From positions 30,318,001 to 30,382,000 of the forward strand of contig OZ024750.1 of NCBI GenBank assembly GCA_964016885.1: a stretch of DNA of 64,000 nucleotides, in the 5' to 3' direction. Source of the stretch: Eledone cirrhosa. Its lineage: Eukaryota. The notes beneath the pieces were generated by a model. It was not told where the DNA came from. It saw only the letters and a list, made by a program, of their open reading frames with translations, and did no database searches. This document shows, piece by piece, positions 24,330 to 36,367 of this stretch. Within the stretch, counting starts at the first letter, position 1. Each line of letters begins with the position of its first letter. Both the position numbers and the translations under genes were made by a program.

Positions 24330-24530
24330 GGGGGGAGGAGCCCTCAATCACTCCTCCCGATGTATCCTGTCAGAAGCAACCATCTCCAGTTGATCCGGGT
24401 GGATCCCCAAGCGAGACAAACTGAGCTCGTAGTTGTTATCCAACTATCTTGCTCGGGGGTCAGTAACATTACTCAGCTGAGTGCATAGCTCGGAGATCAG
24501 AGAGTTGCTCCAGCTAGGGCTGGAAACTGA
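24330..24530 (-). mobile_element. RTE-like 3' fragment with inverted 5' segment
   Basis: 24345-24458 matches 43280-43390; 24487-24520 matches 43490-43523 in the opposite orientation (29/34). Confidence 0.65.
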
Positions 24531-24721
24531 TCATTGATCTCTGATTTTGATCCCGATCAGGCAAACAACAACCTGAGACAGTCTCATATGAAAGAAGAAG
24601 ACAAAGCTAGACTTTCGAATTTCAGGTTCAATCAATTCAACAGGCTTCTATATAGTCTCCATCAACCTAAGATATTTCACAATGTGTGGTATCAACCCGA
24701 GGTTATCTATATATAAATTTC

Positions 24722-24878
24722 TGTGATTCTGTCACAACACGTAAAGAGAGAGTTGTAGTGTGACTACCTCATACTACTCCTCTCTCTTTACATCTTTCAG
24801 GCAGGCAACAAACGTAAAGAGAGAGGAGTAGTATGAGGGAGTCATACTACTCTCCTTATGTGTTGTGACAGAATCGCA
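24722..24878. mobile_element. ~155-bp hairpin (MITE-like) element
   Basis: gattctgtcacaacac / gtgttgtgacagaatc outer arms; cctcatactactcctctctctttac / gtaaagagagaggagtagtatgagg inner arms. Confidence 0.65.
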
Positions 24879-25289
24879 TTGTAACTGTGTGTGTGTGTGT
24901 GTGAATGTATGTGTGTGTTTGTGTGAATGTATGTGTGTGTTTGTGTGAATGTATGTGTGTGTTTGTGTGAATGTGTGTGTGTGTGGTTGTGTGAATGTAT
25001 GTGTGTGTTTGCGTGAACGTATGCGAGTGTATTTTTAAAAGTGTATCTGTGTTTGCACATTTATATTTATATACTCATACATATATATCTATGCATATGT
25101 ACATACACACATATACACACATATACACATATGCGTCAGTGAAGGAGAAAAAAATTCTAGTGATAAAGAAATTTGTCCAAGATGTCACGCAGTGAGAGTG
25201 AACGTGGGACCTAATGATTGTTAAAAGTGGCACTAACAAAGCAGAGGTTCATCATACGGGTATATATGAAAGTATACATATGATAAAAT

Positions 25290-26052
25290 ACAATAAAATA
25301 AAATACCAGTAATGCACAAGGATCAATTTAATGAACTTTCCTCGCCCCCCAAAAAAAATTGTTGGCCTTGTGTCTAAATCAGAAACCATTAATGATAGGC
25401 ATATAATTATGACCCTTTAATTGAATTTCTCCTCCCTTCAAATTGTTGGCCTTGTACCAAAAGTAGAAACAATTATTATTATTATTATTATAGAGTTACG
25501 GCCCTTGCCATTCTGAGTTCAAATCCCGCCAAGGTTAACTTTACCTTTCATCCTTACGGGGTCGATAAAATAAAGTACCAGTAATGCACTGGGTAATTGC
25601 TGGCCTTGTGCCTAAAGTAGAAACAATTATTATTATTATTGGTGGTGGACTGGCAGTATCGGTAGAGGGTCAGACACCATGCCTTGCAGTATAGAGTTAC
25701 GGCTCTTTATGGTCTGAGTTCAAATCCCGCCGAGGTTAACTTTGCCTTTCATCCTTACGGGGTCGATAAAATAAAGTACCAGTAATACACTGGGATAATT
25801 GCTGGCCTTGTGCAAAAAGTAGAAACAATTATTATTAATATTATTGGCAGTAATCGATAGAGCATCAGAAAAAAATGCTTTGTGGCATAGAGTTAGGGTC
25901 CTTTACGTTCTGAGTTCAAAACCTGTCACGGTTGCTTTGTCTTTCATCCTTACGGAGTTCAATAAAGTATCAGTAATGCACTGGGGTCAATTTACTCAAC
26001 TTTACCCTCCCCAAAAAATTGTTGGCCTTGTGCCTAAACCAGAAACCATTAA
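25290..26052 (+). mobile_element. Head-to-tail cluster of five SINE A copies or fragments
   Basis: Five ggccttgt..agaaac(a/c)att tails near 25390, 25475, 25630, 25830 and 26050. Confidence 0.88.
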
Positions 26053-26207
26053 TGTGTTATTGTGTCATCATTGCCCTGAGACAGAAGTATAACTTGGGTA
26101 TGACAAACATGTGATGTGCCACGGGCACCAGATGAAGGGGCAGGCACCTTCAGATGTATGATCTGTCTCTGATTATCATGGGTGAGAACATTATGGTGGC
26201 TGGATCA

Positions 26208-26428
26208 TTAAACCCTTTAATGGTCAAACTGGCCAGAATTCTCTACCTCTTTCTGTTGAAACTGGCTGTAACTGGTCACTCAAACTGATGTTAAGGTATT
26301 GTTCTCGAAATAAATACTTTCAAAATCTCATAGATTCGATATTTTGTGAGATAATTATGCGAGGTAAAGCCTTTACCATGAAAATATAATAGTATATATA
26401 TAGAGTAATGTAAGTGCTAAAGGGTTAA
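26208..26428. mobile_element. MITE family 1
   Basis: ccctttaatg ... tgctaaagggttaa. Confidence 0.85.
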
Positions 26429-27275
26429 ACCTTTTATATAATTAGACCCATAGTTAAAACTACAATGCTGGGAACTACATGAACGGAACACAAAGGTATA
26501 CCTGATAGTATGGACAGGGGTGCAATTTCACTGCTTGTGACTTTGCCTTTCATCCTTACGGGGTCGATAAAATAAAGTACCAGTAATGCACTGGGTAATT
26601 GCTGGCCTTGTGCCTAAAGTAGAAACAGTTATTACTCTATTACGCGTTCCAGCTGATAGGATGAGGCCATGCTGGGGCACTGCCATAGGTGCTATTTTAC
26701 ATATTTACACCTCTGACCTCAGGTTATGGTAAAAGAAACTTACCCGAGATGCTATGGAGTGGGATTGAACCAAAAGCTCGTGATTGAAAAGAGAGCTTTT
26801 TAACCACTCAGCCATGACAATGTCCACCAGGAGATATATGGTAATTAGCTAATTAGAATCTCAAACTCTTCTCTGTGGATATTTCTGGTGAGGAATTGAA
26901 CCAAGAGCTCATGATTGAGAAGAAAGGTTCTTAACCACTCAGCCATGACTATATATGGTAATTAGCTAATTAGAATCTCTAACCCTTCTCTGTGGATATT
27001 TCTGGTGTTGTAAACAACAACTCTTTGAATTTCTAAAAAAATATGCTGCAATTATTGATCAGTCTATGGACTTTGACTGTTTTTTCACAAACTAATCAGA
27101 ATAACTTTCACTGTAGATGTATGTATGTGTGTAAGGATGTATGTGTGCTTATGTGTGCGTGTGTATGAATGTATGATTATGTGCATAGATGTCTAGACGT
27201 ATGTGTGTGTACACATGTATATATACATACACACATGTGTGTGTTTGTGTGTATTTAGCACTAAATGACACACAT

Positions 27276-27328
<53 letters not shown>

Positions 27329-27350
27329 GCACTGCATGACAATATATATA

Positions 27351-27698
27351 CTAGCTGACATACCCAGCTTCGTCCGGGTAAACAGATGATAAGAGAAGAC
27401 AGGTAAAAGAGAAAATGACTGTATTGGATGTTTGTCTGGTTACAGTAAGAGGCAAGTCCGTGGTGTCTGTGTGATACAAAAAAACAGTAAAAAAAATCTT
27501 CCAGATATACCAGATACTTCGTTGTACCATTTGTGCATAGTATATGAACAATTCTAGGTGTTCCCACCTAGAATAGTGACCTCTCGGAGATGGTTCATCT
27601 TCTGCCTGACTGTAAAATGTGTATCATTGCATAAACGTGGTTGTTCCACGTTTCTCAAAAGGATGATGGAAGTTCCAATCTTTTATATTATATGTAGA
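27351..27698 (-). mobile_element. Non-autonomous Helitron
   Basis: Minus strand starts A|TCtacatataatataaaag and ends with hairpin cccgg-acgaag-ctggg about 7 nt before CTAG|T. Confidence 0.75.
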
Positions 27699-27724
27699 TA
27701 TAGATATAGATAATTAATATAAAA

Positions 27725-27935
27725 GATGATGCTCAGCCAGTTCGTCTTCAACCATCGCAGCACACCATTGCTGCTTGGCTCCAGTGTTTCATTGGCGTTG
27801 TTCAGCCAGCTCCTCTTCATTCATGGTGACACGTCTTCGCCTCTGAAGTTCGGCGTCCCGATGGCACTGTTCGTTTTTCTTCATTCCTGGCTGCACGCCG
27901 TCGCCGCTGTAGTTCACTGTTTGATAAAGTCGAAT
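27725..27935 (-). pseudogene. Decayed 23-residue-repeat (STPR-like) coding fragment
   Basis: ELQRRRRAARNEE / ELQRRRRVTMNEEELAEQRQ*NT / GAKQQWCAAMVEDELAEHH; 69-bp period, one frameshift, one stop. Confidence 0.5.
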
Positions 27936-28244
27936 TGCTTTTACTTTCTGTGGAACGTTGCACGCACGCACACACACACATAAACATATGCGCATGTACA
28001 TACACACGCACACATGGTAATAGTTACAGCATTCCCTTTGCCTCTCTGTTTCTTACTCTCCCCTCTCACTCCCTCATTGGCATTATGCATATTAATTTAA
28101 GTTTGGCGTCGTTGAGGTGGGCAGAGTCGTTTGAAACCTATGAATCAATGATAATCGAGAATTATGACACACGGAATACTGACATTGTTGAAATTAATAT
28201 ATATATATTCTATATGGGTACAAGCTGAAGCATATAGACAATAT

Positions 28245-28512
28245 GCCCCCACACCCTCCCACTGCAAGGTGGTCATGGAGGTGCCACGGCAAAAAAGCAC
28301 CCAGCCCACACTGTAAAGTGGACATGTAGGCGCCATGAAAAAGCCCCCAGCACTCACTGTAAATGAGGTTGGTGTTAGGAAGGGCATCCAGCTGTAGAAA
28401 TCAAACCAAATCAGTTCCTGTATGAGCAAGGCATGGTCAGCCGACCAGACACTGACCACAACAGGACAACCCGTCTAACCCATGCTAGCGTGGAAGAACG
28501 GACGTAAAACGG

Positions 28513-28542
<30 letters not shown>
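28245..28542 (+). mobile_element. SINE B-related 3' portion with (ATG)n tail
   Basis: ggttggtgttaggaagggcatccagctgtagaaatc body; aacccatgctagcgtggaagaacggacgtaaaacggtgatg tail. Confidence 0.8.
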
Positions 28543-28544
<2 letters not shown>

Positions 28545-28659
28545 CAACAATACACCACCACCAGAGATAAACATTTAAACTATTCAGTCTCATGAAATAT
28601 TTAAATTAATAATTTTAAGTCTTTCAGAAAATACGAACAGTTTCAAATTTGGATAGTAA

Positions 28660-29590
28660 TGTGTGTGTATATGTGTGTGTGTCAGTGTCAGTGTATGTGT
28701 GTGTGTCAGTGTGTGTGTATTGAGTGAGTGTGTCAGTGTATATGTGTGTGTATTGAGTGTGTCAGTGTATATGTGTGTGTGTGTATTGAGTGTGTCAGTC
28801 CATGTGTGTGTGTGTGTATTGAGTGTGTCAGTGTATGTATGTGTGCATGTGTATTGAGTGTGTCAGTGTATATGTGTGTGTGTATTGAGTGTGTCAGTCT
28901 GTGTGTGTGCGTGTGTGTATTGAGTGTGTCAGTGTATGTGAGTGTGTGTGTGTGTGTGTATTGAGTGTGTCAGTGTGTGTGTGTATTGAGTGTGTCAGTG
29001 TATGTGTGTGTGTTGAGTGTATCAGTGTATGTGTGTGTCAGTGTATTGAGTGTGTCAGTGTATATATCTATGTGTGTGTCAGTGTGAGTTTGTGCTTGTA
29101 TGTATGTGTGTCTGTGTGGGCATATATATGTACGTGTGTGGTTGCATATGTGTGCATGTGTGTGTGCATGTGTATCAGTGAGTGTCTGAGTGTATGTATG
29201 TGTCTGTATATGTGTGCATGTCAGTGAGTGCATGTATGTGTGTGCCGGAGTGCATGTATGTGTGTGCCTGTGTCTGCATGTGTTTGCATGTTAGTGTGTA
29301 TGTGTATGTGTGTGTGTATGCGTGTCATTGAGTTTCTGTGTGTATGTGTGTGTCTGTGTATGTATGCATGTCAGTGAGTGCATGTATGTGTGTGCCGGTG
29401 TGCATGTGTCTATGCCTGTGTGTGTGTTGGTGTGCATGTGTCTGTGCCTGTGTGTGCATGTCAGTATGTATGTGTCTGTATGTATGTCTGTATGTATGTG
29501 TCTGTATGTATGTGTGTGTATGTATGTGTGTGTATGTATGTGTGTGTATGTATGTGTGTGTCTGTATGTGTGTGTCTGTATGTATGTGTT
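28660..29590. repeat. TG-rich mini/microsatellite
   Basis: tattgagtgtgtcagtgta(tg)n units grading into TG/TATG tracts. Confidence 0.92.
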
Positions 29591-30934
29591 GTTTTCAAGA
29601 AATCTTATAAACAACAAACTAATTATTTACTCAATTGAAAAAGAAATTTTTTCTCACTAAAACTGATTTCACTCTGCAAATATATGCAAATATATGCAAG
29701 TATATGCAAATATAAGTAAATATATGGGACCTGCGTCAGTTCCAACGATTGTTCTCGGGGTTTGGTCAACAGATTAACCAGCTCATGAAATTAACATGTA
29801 AGTGGCTGAGTATTTCACAAACACGCATCTTCAACATATTTCTCAGGGAGATTCAGCATGACACACTACATGATGGTTGAGTATTCCACAAACACTTCTT
29901 CTTAACATAATTCTCAGGAAGATTCAGTGCATGGTCTTCTTAATATAATTCTTAGGGAGATTCAGTATGACACAGTGCATAACAAGGATAACATATTTAA
30001 TTACAGTACACTGGAGCAATATGAAATAAAGTGTCTTGCTCAAGGACAATGATGTGTAACCTAGAATGCTATATCTAAAGATATATGGTAGCCATCTAAA
30101 CCAGTTGATAGGAGCAATGTGAAATAAAGTGTCTTGCTCAAGGACACAATGTGTAACCTTAGAATGCTACATCTAAAGATATATGACAGCTAGCTAAACC
30201 AGTTGTTGGGAGAAGTGTGAAATAAAGTGTCTTGCTCAAGGACAATGTACTGCCTGGATTTGAACTCACAATCTTACAATCATGAACCAAACATTCTAAC
30301 CACTAAGCCACACACCTTTACACAACAACAACAACAAAATAAAATAAAACTAGGTATTGAGAATGTCCTAGAATTTGCCTAGCTTTACCGAAAAAAAAAA
30401 AAAATTGTGTTGACTGTTTAACACAATACTTTAAAAAAAAAAATGGTTACTGAGAATGTCCTAGAATTTCCCTAGCTTTACCAAAAAAAAAAAAGAAGAA
30501 TTTTGTGTTGACTGTTTAACACAATAGATCAAATTAGAGAGCTTCTCACATTGTTTCAAAACACTTTGTTTGCTGCCAATACTATCTTTGGGGCGGTAAA
30601 ATCATATAATCTTTGAAACAACACCAGATTTCAGTGTTAATATTTAGACAATATTTCCGCTATATGTACTTAACTTATTCACAGAAATTTACCCCTTGCC
30701 ATTTATTTACCAAGGGATTCTTACCCTTGTTTCAATTTTTAGTGCAAATCTTTTTTTCCCCCCTTTTCTTAAATTTCCTAAATATTTTGGTAGAATATTA
30801 GAACTTGGCATTAATTTGTTCCTTTATCTTATTCAATGTATTTGTTGTGAAATACCAGCCTACAAAATATTTATTGCAGAAAAAATAATCCCTTAACTCT
30901 GTTGATACCAAGCTGTCTAAAGAAACCCTTGATT

Positions 30935-31470
30935 CATCATCCTTGTTTAACATCTATTTTTCAATGCTAACATGGGTTAGATGAGTTGTTCCATTGTGAG
31001 ACAAGTCAGAGCAGATGATCATGTTTTGCTCATACAGAACTGTTGCTGGCTTAGTTTCTACAGCCAAATGCCCTTCCTAATGCCAACCACATTCACAGTG
31101 TAGACTCGGTGGTTTTATTGTGTCACCAACACAACCTCTTTACAGTGTGGGCCGGGTGCTTTTTATTGTGGCACCAAAACAACCACTTTACAGTGTGGAT
31201 TGGATGCTTTTTGTCATGACACTTACATGTCCACTTTACAGTGTGGATTGGATGCTTTTTGTCATGACACTTACATGACCACTTTACAGTGTGGATTGGA
31301 TGCTTTTTGTCATGACACTTACATGTCCACTTTACAGTGTGGATTGGATGCTTTTTGTCATGACACTTACATGACCACTTTACAGTGTGGATTGGATGCT
31401 TTTTGTCATGACACTTACATGACCACTTTACAGTGTTGACTAGGTGCTTTTTATTGTATCACCACTTTGA
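30935..31470 (-). mobile_element. RTE-tailed SINE-like element with internal 48-bp tandem array (31183-31437, ~5 copies)
   Basis: Unit ccactttacagtgtggattggatgctttttgtcatgacacttacatg(t/a); 16-aa period in ORF 31200..31439. Confidence 0.8.
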
Positions 31471-32199
31471 TAAAAAATATATATATTAAAACCTTTCATC
31501 ATAATTTTATTTAAGGATTTTTTCTTAAGTAATGTTCAGCTTTAAACATCAGCTTTAAATTCCTTGAAATTTTAAATTATCTTTAAAATTAACTGAAACA
31601 CATTGGCAACGTGGAAATGGAAGGGTTAAAGTATTTTATCTGAAATACAAGTGTTTATTATATTCTAAAGGGCAGTGTATTGTCTGACTTAGTAGAGCAT
31701 CAGACATCCTTTGCAGCATAGAGTTATGTCCCATTATGTTCTGAGTTCAAATCACGCAAAGGTTAGGTTTGCCTTTCATCCTTACAGGGGAGATAAAATA
31801 AAGTATCAGTAACATGCTTGCATTGATTTACTCAACTTTTCCCCTACCCAAAAATTGTTGGCCTTGTGCCTAAATCCAAAACCATTATATTCTAAAGTTA
31901 GACATGAAACTATATTTAAATAAAACAAAAAAAAAGGAAAGGGCAAGAAAAAAAGAAAAAGAGAATAAAATAATTGTTTCTACTTTAGGCACAAGGCCAG
32001 CAATTACCCCAGTAAATTACTGGTACTTTATTTCATCAACCCCGTAAGGATGAAAGGCAAAGTCAACCTCGTAAAATAATTGTTTCTACTTTTGGCACAA
32101 GGCCAGCAATTACCCAATGCATTACTGGTACTTTAACCTCGTAAAATAATGAAGGAAAGTGAGAGAGGGAGGGACAGACCTTACACCCCATTCTGAATT

Positions 32200-32440
32200 G
32201 TGATTCAGCCATTCATGCACTGCAGACAGAATGCTAAAGGCATTGCCACAGAATGGCCAGCAACACCCACTGCAACAGCCATTCAGCCTCATAAGGCTCT
32301 TTCTTCAAGCTGGCTGCTGTTTTTCTGATTTTGTGAAGGAAATCAGCAGTGCAGGGACCAAGGATACCAGAGGTGTCGACAGCGACCGGTAGCATTCAGA
32401 CAAGTCCTGGTATTTGTTTTATGGCTATTTTTGCTGCTGA
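32200..32440 (-). mobile_element. CRE/R2-group retrotransposon C-terminal restriction-like endonuclease fragment
   Basis: With two frameshifts: KYQDLSECY / PVAVDTSGILGPCTADFLHKI..EAEWLLQWVLLAIL / GNAFSIL. Confidence 0.7.
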
Positions 32441-32584
32441 GATAGAGAGTGAGGAAGGAAGAGGACAAAATAGAACAGAAAGACAAAGTGGGAAGAAGGA
32501 GGAATAGAATAGAAAGAGAGTGAGGAGAGATGGAATGGAACCATTTTTTTTTAGAAAAAAAACGTGTGTATTCTATAATATCAT

Positions 32585-32930
32585 TTCATCATCATCATCA
32601 TTTCATTTTACGTCCACTTTTCCCTGCTTGCAAGGGTGGGACGGGAACTGATTCTGGCTTGATTTCTACAGCTGGATGCCCTTCCTAACACCAACCTCAT
32701 TTACAGTGAGTGCTGGGTGCTTTTTTGCCGTGGCACCTCCACGACCACTTTGTAGTGGAATAATAGGGACCCTAGTCCCTATCATCTCATTTCTACAGCT
32801 GAGTAAACTGGAGCAATGTGAAATAAAGTGTCTTGCTCAAGGAAACAACACATCACCCGGTCTGAGAATTGAACTCACAACCTTTCTATTGAAAGGCCAA
32901 TGCTCTAACCACTAAGCCATGTGCCTCCAT
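32585..32930 (-). mobile_element. SINE B, full length
   Basis: Near-identical to 20298-20630. Confidence 0.92.
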
Positions 32931-32954
32931 TATATATATCTAAATAAAGTCTAA

Positions 32955-33160
32955 AGTCAATCATAAGCCAGAAGGCTCATTTGGCTAGTGCTTATCCCGG
33001 TTTCATGGTGTGAAGTGACAGAGTACAAGACACTCCCCGCTCCCTGGACAGGACATCAATCCATCGCAGCTATTGCTGGTACTCATTTTCAGCTGAGTAT
33101 ACTGGAGCAACGTGAAATCGCAAGTCCAACACCCTTACCACTAGGCCACGTGCCTCCACT
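32955..33160 (-). mobile_element. tRNA-head SINE family C
   Basis: Minus head gaggcacgtggcctagtggtaagggtgttgga; related to 41790-42040 and 52020-52238. Confidence 0.7.
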
Positions 33161-33182
33161 AATATATATATATATATCATAT

Positions 33183-33435
33183 CATCATTGTTTTTACATC
33201 CATTTTTCCACATTTACATGGGTTGGATGAGTCCTTCTCAACACAGCCTCTCTCAACTCATCACTTTCCTTTGTCATATCTTCTGTGAGTCTCAGTGATT
33301 TGAGGTCAGCTCTCATAACCTCTGCCCGGGTCTTTCTTGGTCTACCTCTACTGCAGCTTCCTCCAACTGGCATTTCTTGACACTTCTTCACCCACCAAGC
33401 GAGTATTGTCCATGTGCATCACATATCCGTACCAT
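33183..33435 (-). mobile_element. RTE LINE 3' end
   Basis: WYGYVMHM..VKKC..GSCSRGRPRKT.AEVMRADLKSLRLTEDMTK; RTE-type tail. Confidence 0.85.
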
Positions 33436-33509
33436 GGGGTTCTGGAAAGACTTAGCCAACCCATGCAAGGATAGAAAAGCAATTGTAAAATGACAACTAT
33501 ATATATATA

Positions 33510-33837
33510 TCATTTCATTTTACGTCCGCTTTCCCTGCTTGCAAGGGTGGGACGGGAACTGATTCTGGCTTGATTTCTACAGCTGGATGCCCTTCCTAAC
33601 ATCAACCTCATTTACAGTGAGTGCTGGGTGCTTTTTTGCCGTGGCACCTCCACGACCACTTTGCAGTGGAATGATATGGACCCCAGTTCCTATCATCTCA
33701 TTTCTACAGCTGAGTAAACTGGAGTAATGTGAAATAAAGTGTCTTGCTCAAGGAAACAACACATCACCTGGTCCGAGAATTGAACTCACAACCTTTCGAT
33801 TGCAAGGCCAATGCTCTAACCACTAAGCCATGTGCCT

Positions 33838-33842
<5 letters not shown>
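33510..33842 (-). mobile_element. SINE B, full length
   Basis: Near-identical to the other copies. Confidence 0.92.
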
Positions 33843-33892
<50 letters not shown>

Positions 33893-34589
33893 ACACACGC
33901 ACACACACTCAGATGTGAGTAAATGTACTTGAGTGTACACTAAGATGTCACACAAGTTTGTAGTATGAAGGTTAAAGTGGCTTGAGAAGAAGGCATTATA
34001 GGTTAAGTTTAGATCTTAAAACAAACAATGAAACTAGGTTTTTCGGTGGCTTTAGCTAATATTGACTTTAAAACAACTAAACCATTGTGAAAATATGAAC
34101 ACAGATAGTTTCTCTACAATCAATTGACAAACCCACATGGGCTAGTGTTTAGAGTGTTGTACTAATCATCATAAACCTGTGAGTTCAATTCCCAGACAAA
34201 GCAGCATATGCTCGGTCTGTTTTTTGAGCAAGCTGATTTATTCCACATTGCTTTTCATGATAGGAGTGAGGCCCCTATCATTAAAAGAGACTCAAGAAAT
34301 CTCTAATGAGATGAAACCTTGTAGGAGGCCAAATAAATGTACAAAGGTTGTTAGCTGTAAATTTCATAATAATGAGAAAGTTTATTTTATATTAGTAAAT
34401 GCCTATCACCCATCCAGGGCTTTGCTCTTGTTTGACGTCATCATCGAGCAGCCTCAGCTGAAATTAACTCAACAATTGATCTTCATGTGGGTCTGTTGTT
34501 CATTGCAGTTGCCAAATCCTGGATTTCAATAGCAAAATCTCTGGAGGTTACATCGAGATAGGAAAGCTTGTGCTCCCTGTTATTAGTGA

Positions 34590-34835
34590 CTATGTTTGAT
34601 GTGGCAGCTACAGGCTGTAAAAGCCCAAGCAAGCAGGCCCCCACACCAGATGACTTTGGATATCATCAAGGAAGATCTCCAGAGGCTCGACATCACCTTG
34701 AAGAATGCAGAGGCGCTGGCATGGGACCACCAGCGATGGAGGGTACTGGTGGGCCTTGTTGGCTCTCTGCACAATGATGCCTCTGGGATCACTGACCTAG
34801 GATGACCTCAGTCTAAGCAAGAGCAAGAAGAAGAA
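34590..34835 (+). mobile_element. LINE (RTE-like) 3' end, second family
   Basis: GRPHTR..LDIIKEDLQRLDITLKNAEALAWDHQRWRVLV followed by an agaagaaga tail. Confidence 0.7.
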
Positions 34836-34849
34836 ATGCCTTGAAATTA

Positions 34850-35088
34850 ATAATTATCTTCAAAATTATTTGAAAATATTAGGCAGTTTTTTTTATTAGA
34901 AATGTTTATCTAAAAACCTTTCATCATAATTTCATATAAGAACCTTTGTTAAGTTATGTTCCAAACACCAGCTTAATAATGAGAAAGTATGTTATATTAA
35001 ATCCTTCCAAATTGTTGATTATTTTCAAAATTATTTGAAAATAATAGCCAGTGTAATCTATTTGGAATATGGTAATGAAAGGGTTATA
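34850..35088. mobile_element. MITE family 2, partial
   Basis: Ends atatggtaatgaaagggtta; reverse complement of 3897-4085. Confidence 0.7.
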
Positions 35089-35119
35089 AAATGGGACAAC
35101 GTTGGGTTGTTTTGAATAT

Positions 35120-35712
35120 CGTTGATCATGAGGGCTGGTCATTAGGGTTGGCCTGGGGCTAAACAACAACAATAAGACCTCGTATAACTGACCATGATGA
35201 CTGGTCAACAGGGTTGGCCTAGGGCTAAACATAGCAACAACAACAACAACTAATATAGCTGGTCAACAGGGTGGGCTGGGGCTAAACAGCTACAAGAACT
35301 CATATAACTGATCATGATGGCTGGTCATCAGGGTTGGCCTAGGGCTAAACAACAATAACAAGTAATATTGCTGGTCAACAGGGTTGGCCTGGGGCTAAAC
35401 AACAACAACATGGCCTTGTATAACTGATCATGATGACTGGTCAACAGGTTGGCCTAGGGCTAAACAACAACAACAAGACCTCTATAACTGATCATGATGA
35501 TTGATCAACAGGGTTGGCCTGGGGCTAAACAACAACAACAAGACCTTGTATAACTGATCATGATGACTGGTCAACAGGCTGGCCTAGGGCTAAACAACAA
35601 CAACAGCTACTATAGTTGGTCAACAGGGTTAGCCTGGGGCTAAACAACAACACCTCATATAACTGATCATGATGACTGGTCAACAAGTTGGCCTAGGGCG
35701 AAACAACAACAG
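35120..35712. repeat. ~45-62-bp minisatellite ctggtcaacagggttggcctagggctaaacaacaac
   Basis: About 11 visible units in long and short variants. Confidence 0.9.
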
Positions 35713-35794
35713 TAACTTGTGTAATCTTTGTCAATGACCCTAATCTGTGAACTAATATTTGAGAGAGAAGAAAACATCTTGACCTAATTACAAT

Positions 35795-36072
35795 AGTGTG
35801 TGTGTGTGTGTATGTGTGTGTGTATGTGTGTATGTATATGTGTGTATGTGTGTGTATGTGTGTGTATGTGCGTGTGTATGTGCGTGTGTATGTACGTATG
35901 TACGTGTGTATGTACGTGTACATGTGTGCGTGTACGTGTGTGTATGCATATGTGTGTGTATGTATGTGTGTATGTGCGTGTGTATGTGCGTGTGTATGTA
36001 CGTGTGTACGTGTACATGTGTGTGTGTGTACGTGTGTGTACGTGTGTGTACGTGCGTGTGCTTGTGTGTATC
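35795..36072. repeat. (TG)n/(TGTA)/(TACG) microsatellite
   Basis: Directly visible. Confidence 0.92.
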
Positions 36073-36198
36073 TGTGACAGTCTTCAGATGTGGAATTTAG
36101 CCAAAATCAATCTTTGTCTCTGATAAGGATTTAGACAAAATACAAGATATATAGCAACAACATAACATAAACATGTATACACTGGCTGATCACACACA

Positions 36199-36244
<46 letters not shown>

Positions 36245-36367
36245 GTGTGTGTATAATTTATTATAGCTACAAAGCTAAAATTATACATCATTATTCAGTT
36301 TTGCTTCTATTTATATGACGATACCCCCCCTCTCTCTCTCATTTACTTATATCATCATCATCATCAT

